Virus record (IMG/VR): IMGVR_UViG_3300027996_000034
Location: 1-60,501 of that record
Strand: one strand, 5' to 3'
Origin: a virus
Taxonomy: Duplodnaviria; Caudoviricetes
DNA length: 60,501 nt
In this document: positions 54,247 through 60,501 of the stretch, in pieces
How the letters are laid out: each line of letters opens with the position of its first letter
Position numbering within the stretch: position 1 is the stretch's first letter
Notes under the pieces: model-generated
Seen by the model: the letters and a program-made list of their open reading frames with translations, nothing else
Told to the model about the DNA's origin: nothing
Databases searched by the model: none
Program-made: the position numbers and the translations under genes

Positions 54247-56742
54247 TTATTCTCCCAATGCTTCGATATCCCATTGAATTCTTTCTAATGGATCTTCATC
54301 ATTTGTTCTGTTCTTCTTCACCCAATCAACAAGACCTCTTTCCATAGTAGCATTTTGTGCCATATCATATGAATGTTTCCATCCATCGCCGGAAGCCATA
54401 TCTTCAATCCATTGATCATATTTCTTTTGATTCCATTTTACTGGCTTTATCTTCTTAGCATGGGGTCCATTACCTAAAGTTGATTTGATTGCATTGTAAT
54501 GATTCGGGACAAATACATCCACTGCCCAATCTTCGTCTCTTTTATTACCATTCCAATACTTAATCTTCTTTCTGAATCTTTTTAATTCGTAATCAGCATT
54601 TTCAATCTTTTCTTTTCTAGTAATGCCACCTCGTTTATATCCAAATGATAACTTCATATCATCTAATATATCTGGATCTGTTTCGAAATGAAGGTCTTTA
54701 ATATCAACATTATCATATTGGCCTTCATTAACTGATTCTTCATTAACATTAACTCCCTTTCTTTTAGCATACTTTTCAACATCTCTTAAAAGACCTAGTA
54801 GTTTATTTTTATCTAAATCTTCTTCATCGTTATTCAGTTCTTTTTGAAGATTATTCATTAAACTCTTCATGTATTTTTTTACACCGGAATCTAAATCACC
54901 CTTATCTATGTTGGTTTGTATAAGGTTAACAAGTTCTAAAACATCTTCCTTTTTTAGATTTTTAGCAGCTTGTTTATCCTTGAACTTCTTTTTATAGTGT
55001 CGAACTACGTCTCCCCAACTATCTCCAGGAAAGAACGCTCCTGGACTGACAATCATGCCGGGACCCATCACAGCAAATATTACACCTGCCATTAACCCAA
55101 CTCCTCCAGCTAAAGCTAATAAAGGTTGCCACCATTCAAAACCTTCATTAACTGAGTCATGAGCTTGTATTGAAGTTTCGATTGCTTCTTTAGCCTTTTT
55201 AATATCACCATTAAAGTATGCTTTTGCTAATTGATACAAAACTATATCTGATGGTATTTTACCAGATTTTCCAATTTTAGAAATTTCATCATCACCTTTA
55301 CCTTCATTAACTGATTCTGTTATAGAGTTACCAGTCTTTTTTACTTGATGTCCATCCATTGCATAGAATCGCATATCTTGGAAGTCAACTAAATATTGCT
55401 CATCCGATTCATAGCTTATTAATAGTCCTTTTTCACCTTTCTTAATAGTCATTTTAGTTCCAAAATAATCGAAGGTTTTTGTTGGTGCAATCCACTCAAC
55501 CTCTTCGTATTTTTTACCTTCATTAACTGATTCTTTCAAATCTGTTAATTTTATTACACGTTTCTTACCATCGAAAGAAACAAAATAAGATTTATCATCT
55601 GCTGCCGTTAAGTGATATCCGAATGATTTACCCCATACCTCTTTTGCCTTTTTAAGATCTGAGCCATAAAAATATTTTTCAAGACCCGATGTACTTTTTA
55701 TTGTTTTAGGAACTTTTACCTTGCCTTCATTTAAAGATTCTCCTACAAATGCATTGAACTTCAAAAAATTGTAAATATTTTTTGCTTGTTTTTCATTTTC
55801 CTCTTCATCATCAGTTAATTCGCTTGATGCTGCTAAATCACCAGAACCAGTTTCCTGAGTTGAAAATTCTGCTTGAGTTCCAGGATTTCCAGGCAATGAA
55901 ACATTACCCATTCCATTAACACTTCCTGGAGTTGCCATTGCATTATTTTCTTCAATCGCATATCTCATAGCTTCTGCATATGCAATTGCTTCTTCAAGAT
56001 GTTTATTTGATGATTCTTTTACCGCCATACCACCATTCTTTTTCATATATTTCTTAACGGTGGATCTCCATTTTGTATCAACATTTGTAACTGTAACTCG
56101 ATTACCAACTTGATCGCCTATACCAATTGCAGAATTTTCAATATCTAAATCAAATTGACGTGCACTTTCTTCATCAGGGAATTCAAATATTACACTTAAA
56201 CCTTCATCGACCGATTCATCAAACAATGTTTTTGCACGTGGAAATGTTAAAGATTTACCAAGTTCTCTATCATGATCCTTTTTCATCTCTAGATAATTCC
56301 AAGGAGATATCCAACCAGTTTCTTGCGCTAATTGAACTGCAAGATCAAAGGGTTTCATAGGCTTTGATAAAGTAACATTGAATCTAGGTGAAGAGTATCT
56401 ACCTTCCATATCACCTTCCACTATTTTATATTTTCCTTTTGGGATAACTTTAATTCGTTCGAAAGGTTTTCCAATTCCAACTATACTTACCGTTTTATGA
56501 TCTTTGTATCTTTTTTCTGCGTTCTTTTTTATTGGATCATCATATGCTGCTTCATCTACCGAATCTTCTAATTTATTTGGTAGCGTTTCTTCTGGAGTTT
56601 CTGCGTAATCTTTCAAATCGGCTTCTTTCTTTTTGGATAAATCTCTTATTTTCTGATCAACCGTGGATGCATCAACTTCACCTCGCTTAACTGCTAAGGC
56701 TAGTCCGAATAATTTCCGTTGAGCTTTTGATACTGCTGGCAT
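54247..56742 (-). CDS. Modular putative internal-head polyprotein: DUF3008-like N-terminus, ESVNEG repeats, embedded copy of the MCP N-arm
   Basis: MPAVSKAQRKLFGLALAVKRGE start; seven (E/D)S(V/L)(N/D)E(G/A) motifs; residues 265-302 are 26/38 identical to MCP residues 43-80. Confidence 0.7.
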   Translation of the reverse strand: MPAVSKAQRKLFGLALAVKRGEVDASTVDQKIRDLSKKKEADLKDYAETPEETLPNKLEDSVDEAAYDDPIKKNAEKRYKDHKTVSIVGIGKPFERIKVIPKGKYKIVEGDMEGRYSSPRFNVTLSKPMKPFDLAVQLAQETGWISPWNYLEMKKDHDRELGKSLTFPRAKTLFDESVDEGLSVIFEFPDEESARQFDLDIENSAIGIGDQVGNRVTVTNVDTKWRSTVKKYMKKNGGMAVKESSNKHLEEAIAYAEAMRYAIEENNAMATPGSVNGMGNVSLPGNPGTQAEFSTQETGSGDLAASSELTDDEEENEKQAKNIYNFLKFNAFVGESLNEGKVKVPKTIKSTSGLEKYFYGSDLKKAKEVWGKSFGYHLTAADDKSYFVSFDGKKRVIKLTDLKESVNEGKKYEEVEWIAPTKTFDYFGTKMTIKKGEKGLLISYESDEQYLVDFQDMRFYAMDGHQVKKTGNSITESVNEGKGDDEISKIGKSGKIPSDIVLYQLAKAYFNGDIKKAKEAIETSIQAHDSVNEGFEWWQPLLALAGGVGLMAGVIFAVMGPGMIVSPGAFFPGDSWGDVVRHYKKKFKDKQAAKNLKKEDVLELVNLIQTNIDKGDLDSGVKKYMKSLMNNLQKELNNDEEDLDKNKLLGLLRDVEKYAKRKGVNVNEESVNEGQYDNVDIKDLHFETDPDILDDMKLSFGYKRGGITRKEKIENADYELKRFRKKIKYWNGNKRDEDWAVDVFVPNHYNAIKSTLGNGPHAKKIKPVKWNQKKYDQWIEDMASGDGWKHSYDMAQNATMERGLVDWVKKNRTNDEDPLERIQWDIEALGE
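54722..55533 (-). repeat. Dispersed 17-nt in-frame repeat GAATCAGTTAATGAAGG
   Basis: Exact at 54722, 55301, 55517; one mismatch at 55142; one-mismatch copies also at 37786, 38317, 38614. Confidence 0.9.
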
Positions 56743-56744
56743 GG

Positions 56745-57323
56745 TTATTTCATATTTTTTAAGTAATCTTTTGCTAATTGAGACAATACTGATAATGTAG
56801 CTTTCATATCATCCATATGGTCATATTCACCAGCTTTATATACTTGCTCTAAATAATCTTCCATATCTTCCATTACCGTATCGGAATTCTTCCAAGTTTT
56901 TTGGATATTAGATTTACCTTCATTAATCTCAGATTCATCCATTGCAATTGATTCAGATAAAGATGGTATATTTCTATATTTTGATTCATTAACTTCAGCC
57001 GGTAAAGAATCTCGTTTGTTTATCATTTCAAATACTCTTTGGCCATATTTTGAAAGACTATAATATGTAGTTCCTTTCTTTTCAAATGTTGTGAAAAACT
57101 TTTGATTTCTTTTAAACCATTTCGCTTTATTAACTTTTGCACCTCCACGGTCCTCTTCAAGTCTAATTAAATGATTATGTAAATCTTCTTCAGTTACATA
57201 ATTTTTTCCAACGTATTTAATAATAGTATCTCTAACATTTGCACCGTTTTCATTTATACGTATTCTATTATAATCACCGTACTTTCTTTTTACTTGGTGA
57301 CGTCCTTCATTAAGTTCTTCCAT
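56745..57323 (-). CDS. Hypothetical late protein with LNEG/VNES/INEG motifs
   Basis: 192 aa; late motif at 57343. Confidence 0.7.
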   Translation of the reverse strand: MEELNEGRHQVKRKYGDYNRIRINENGANVRDTIIKYVGKNYVTEEDLHNHLIRLEEDRGGAKVNKAKWFKRNQKFFTTFEKKGTTYYSLSKYGQRVFEMINKRDSLPAEVNESKYRNIPSLSESIAMDESEINEGKSNIQKTWKNSDTVMEDMEDYLEQVYKAGEYDHMDDMKATLSVLSQLAKDYLKNMK

Positions 57324-57351
57324 TTTGGTTTGTTTATTTTAATTATATATC

Positions 57352-59046
57352 TTACTGACTGTGACTTAATTCATTTTTTAATTGGTCATAAAATTTATGT
57401 TCAGCAGTTGGTGTTAATTTTTTAAATTCTTTTTCATTATCAGCGATCAAAGCATCTCTTACTTGAGTTGCACTTATGTTATTAGAATTTCTTTTAATTT
57501 CTGATGTTTGAAATTCTGGTAATACATTAGCTTCCTTACCATACAACTTAATCATACGATTATAATCTGATATTCTATCACTTCCAGTGCCCCATAGTAC
57601 AGGTTCATATTCTGGGCGTAATGCATTTAAAATTTGATCTAAAAACCCAGTTTGAGATTCCTTAACGGCATCAATAAATTTATATTGTTTTGCTATATCC
57701 ATCCAAATTTTTAAAATAGTCTCATTTTCAAATGGTGTTTTTTTACCACTTTTAGATCTAACTTGGATAACAACCACTGGTAAATTATTCTTAGCATGTA
57801 ATTGTCGAAGAACTTTAATATGTCCAAGTGTTGGTGGTTGGAATCGACCAACTAATATATTAACCGATTGTTTACCAGGTTCTGAATGTTCTAAACTTAA
57901 TTTACCTTCATATAAATTAGATTCTAATAATGCTCGTTTTTGATATTTGCCATAGTAATAATCTTCAAATGTCGGGATCGATTCCTTAGGTTTTGGTTTA
58001 TCAATGGTTCGATCAGATATCATGGCGATGATTTTGTTTATTTCGAATTTGGTATTGTTATCTATTAATATAGAAGTTTTCTTACGTTTTTTAGTAAATG
58101 TCCCTAAGAATAATTTGAATATTTCTTTATTGATTTGAGATTCTTTAATCCATTTAACGGCATTTTCATCAGTAACATTTTTTAAATTTATTCCGAAGTC
58201 TGGAATATCTTTTGCAAAATCAGGTCCATCTAAATCTTCCATACCATCATATTTAGATGCATTTTTAGACATATATTTAGCATAAAGTGCACTAATTAAA
58301 TTCAATATCCTATGGGCCTTATCTTCACCCTTAGGTTTGAATTTATCAAAATTTACCGTGTTCATAAAGGCTAGAACATCTTGTAATGCTATAGAATAAG
58401 TATCTGATGCATTCTGATCTTTAGCTTTAGTAGCTTTAATCATCGGATTTAGTATTTTAGTACTAACCGTTTCGTGTAATCGATCTAGGAATTTCATAGT
58501 TAAACTCTCTGATATGTTTTTGTTCGCTTTAAGTATATCATATATATCATTATTGCCTTTATCTAATGATTCGAGAATATCATCTATTTGATTCAATTTT
58601 AATCTCCCGAAATATATAACTGATATGCCATCTAAGTTTAAATCACTAGCCCATCTTTCTAATACAACATCATCTTCAATAAATCGTATTTTAGAAGATG
58701 ATTCGATAACTCGAATTTCCTCTAATAAAATTTTGTTAGTTTTTGGAGAATATCTAAAAGCAAATCTATAACTTTCTGGTATTAAACCAATTTTATACAT
58801 ATCTAAAATTTGATGTATTGTTCTATCTATCGGATTTTCATATATGCTTTGCAAAGATCTATCTATAATTGATATTTCTTTATTACTCGTTCCCTTAAAA
58901 TATTTTAAGTTACCTTCAACTATTTGTGCATGTAAAGATGTATCCGAAGATTTCTCTTTAACGACGATAAACTTCTTCAAAAGGCCATGAATATAATCAC
59001 GGCCTTTTGAATTGTATATGGTTAGTAAGTCGTTTATTTGTCTCAT
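57352..59046 (-). CDS. Protein with C-terminal HIGH-family nucleotidyltransferase (cytidylyltransferase/NMNAT-like) domain
   Basis: GRFQPPTLGH, GSDR, ISATQVR; N-terminal ~370 aa unassigned. Confidence 0.8.
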   Translation of the reverse strand: MRQINDLLTIYNSKGRDYIHGLLKKFIVVKEKSSDTSLHAQIVEGNLKYFKGTSNKEISIIDRSLQSIYENPIDRTIHQILDMYKIGLIPESYRFAFRYSPKTNKILLEEIRVIESSSKIRFIEDDVVLERWASDLNLDGISVIYFGRLKLNQIDDILESLDKGNNDIYDILKANKNISESLTMKFLDRLHETVSTKILNPMIKATKAKDQNASDTYSIALQDVLAFMNTVNFDKFKPKGEDKAHRILNLISALYAKYMSKNASKYDGMEDLDGPDFAKDIPDFGINLKNVTDENAVKWIKESQINKEIFKLFLGTFTKKRKKTSILIDNNTKFEINKIIAMISDRTIDKPKPKESIPTFEDYYYGKYQKRALLESNLYEGKLSLEHSEPGKQSVNILVGRFQPPTLGHIKVLRQLHAKNNLPVVVIQVRSKSGKKTPFENETILKIWMDIAKQYKFIDAVKESQTGFLDQILNALRPEYEPVLWGTGSDRISDYNRMIKLYGKEANVLPEFQTSEIKRNSNNISATQVRDALIADNEKEFKKLTPTAEHKFYDQLKNELSHSQ

Positions 59047-59047
59047 T

Positions 59048-59521
59048 TTATGAGGTCATCGTAGTAAACCAAGACTCATCTGCTGAAGCTGAAAAATTCT
59101 TTTTGATATATTTTTCCATATCTTTGTATCCTTCAGGATCTTTCTTTTGCATAATATCTAATACCTTTCCTAATCCCATTTGCATGACTTTATCGTCAAA
59201 TTCTTCATGGTCTTCGTTTTTAGCAGCCTCTTCAATTTCAATTTCGATTTCTTCTTCACCTTCAGATGAATCTTTCATTTTTTTAGCAAGCGTAGCGGTT
59301 TTCTTTTTCTTTGCTTTATTTTCAGCTTCTTTCTTTCCATCTTCAGCTTCTGCATCTAATTCTTCTGGTGGTGTAGTTGGGCCTTTTGAAGCATCAGCCA
59401 TATCATCAGCTAATTGTTCTTCGTCATCTTTAGGTGCACCCATTTTGTTGATAGTTTTTTCAATTTCTTTAGCAGTTTTTGATTCTGTTAAGAATTGATC
59501 ATACGACTTAATGTGTTTCAT
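59048..59521 (-). CDS. Acidic/basic low-complexity protein with capsid-targeting-like leader
   Basis: MKHIKSYDQFLTES; late-type motif at 59545. Confidence 0.7.
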   Translation of the reverse strand: MKHIKSYDQFLTESKTAKEIEKTINKMGAPKDDEEQLADDMADASKGPTTPPEELDAEAEDGKKEAENKAKKKKTATLAKKMKDSSEGEEEIEIEIEEAAKNEDHEEFDDKVMQMGLGKVLDIMQKKDPEGYKDMEKYIKKNFSASADESWFTTMTS

Positions 59522-59572
59522 TTTAGTTAGTTTTTTTAGTTTTATTATATATTCGATTCAATTTTAAAGGTT

Positions 59573-60501
59573 TTATGTACATGTACAATCATTGTATGAT
59601 AGACCTGAATATGTTTTTGGGAAAGTTAACGAAAGTGTATCATCTATCACATATTGTTTACCGGCAAATACTGGAGTAACACTTACTAATTGATAACACG
59701 ATGCACCTACTTTGAAATATTTAGAATAGTTTCTGCTTTTCAAATCTCCTCTAATTGCAATTAATGCACCATCCAAACATCTAGAGATATTAGTAAACAT
59801 TTCCACTTGGCCTCCCTGTGGCACAATATTCATACCACCTTCACCGCCTTTAACTAATTCATGCATATCTGTTACTTCATCAGATGGAATATCTGATGCA
59901 TTCTTTAAAGATTCTTTTGCTGGAGCCGATATTATTTGTTTGTTAGGATCAGTTAATTCGTCTTTCATTAAAGCATTATCTTTTGCATCAGCTTTTGCCT
60001 TTTCTTCTTTCTGTTCCTCTTTTGCCTTTTCTTCTTTATGTTCCTCTTTTGCCTTTTCTTCCTTAGGATCGTCTTTTGGCTCTTCTTTTGGATCGTATTT
60101 TGGCTCTTCTGGCATATCAGGTATTTCTGCACCAATTTCTTCTAAATCTGACATAACATCTTCAAGATCGTTCACCAAATCATTATATATTGCATGTGCT
60201 TCGTAATCTTTTGGATCCATTCCTTTAGAGTATTCTCTTTGAAATACAGCCAATGCTTGATGTGCAGCGATATATTCATTTTGTAAAGCTTCAACATCTC
60301 CGACTGGAGGGCCTTTAGGCTCCTCTTTTGGATCTTCCTTAGGATCGCCTTTAGGCTCCTCTTTTGGATCTTCCTTAGGATCGTCTTTAGGCTCCTCTTT
60401 TGGATCTTCCTTAGGATCGTCTTTAGGCTCCTCTTTTGGATCTTCCTTAGGATCGTCTTTTGGCTCCTCTTTTGGATCTTCTTTGCTCTTTGAACGAGCT
60501 T
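59573..60501 (-). CDS. Hypothetical protein with PKEEPKDD repeats, 5' end outside the window
   Basis: The frame of track ORF 59573..60253 stays open to the window edge (..SKEDPKEEPKDDPKEDPK..). Confidence 0.75.
   Translation of the reverse strand, partial: ARSKSKEDPKEEPKDDPKEDPKEEPKDDPKEDPKEEPKDDPKEDPKEEPKGDPKEDPKEEPKGPPVGDVEALQNEYIAAHQALAVFQREYSKGMDPKDYEAHAIYNDLVNDLEDVMSDLEEIGAEIPDMPEEPKYDPKEEPKDDPKEEKAKEEHKEEKAKEEQKEEKAKADAKDNALMKDELTDPNKQIISAPAKESLKNASDIPSDEVTDMHELVKGGEGGMNIVPQGGQVEMFTNISRCLDGALIAIRGDLKSRNYSKYFKVGASCYQLVSVTPVFAGKQYVIDDTLSLTFPKTYSGLSYNDCTCT
60313..60481. repeat. 36-nt coding tandem repeat, ~4.7 copies
   Basis: Unit CTTTAGGCTCCTCTTTTGGATCTTCCTTAGGATCGT at 60313, 60349, 60385, 60421, 60457 (partial). 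Confidence 0.92.

Noticed and set aside
54722-55533. 17-nt dispersed repeat as a CRISPR or attC array
   Set aside because: Spacing of 159-420 nt, non-palindromic, always in frame in one ORF; no cas or integrase in the window
60313-60481. 36-nt repeats as a possible CRISPR array
   Set aside because: Head-to-tail with no spacers, in frame within a protein
1-60501. Stop-codon reassignment, tRNA or rRNA genes
   Set aside because: Core genes are full length in the standard code with dense packing; no tRNA cloverleaf or rRNA was recognised in the short intergenic gaps (by eye only)

Overview
AT-rich fragment of a large T4-like (myovirus, probably jumbo) phage genome. Essentially every credible gene is on the minus strand, in the standard code. 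It holds the head module (portal, protease-scaffold fusion, major capsid, terminase, gp2, gp4), the contractile tail module (sheath, tube, gp14/gp15-like, gp26/gp51-like, tape-measure-like) and replication/recombination genes (split family-B polymerase, clamp, clamp loader, helicase, UvsX, gp46/47, RNase H, class II RNR, dUTPase). It also encodes two sigma factors, and three distinct promoter classes are visible in the DNA. The lack of obvious Shine-Dalgarno sites and the DAHP synthase-chorismate mutase architecture suggest a Bacteroidota host (inference). The two most striking candidate systems are: (1) a head-cargo system, in which modular polyproteins are punctuated by ESVNE(G) repeats, carry copied capsid-assembly motifs (the MCP N-arm and the scaffold C-terminus), and sit alongside enzymes with a T4-like capsid-targeting leader; (2) a direct-repeat-flanked cassette pairing a prephenate-producing DAHP synthase/chorismate mutase with a U32-family putative Fe-S hydroxylase, located between the two polymerase halves. 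All assignments are from motif recognition by eye; no database searches were run.
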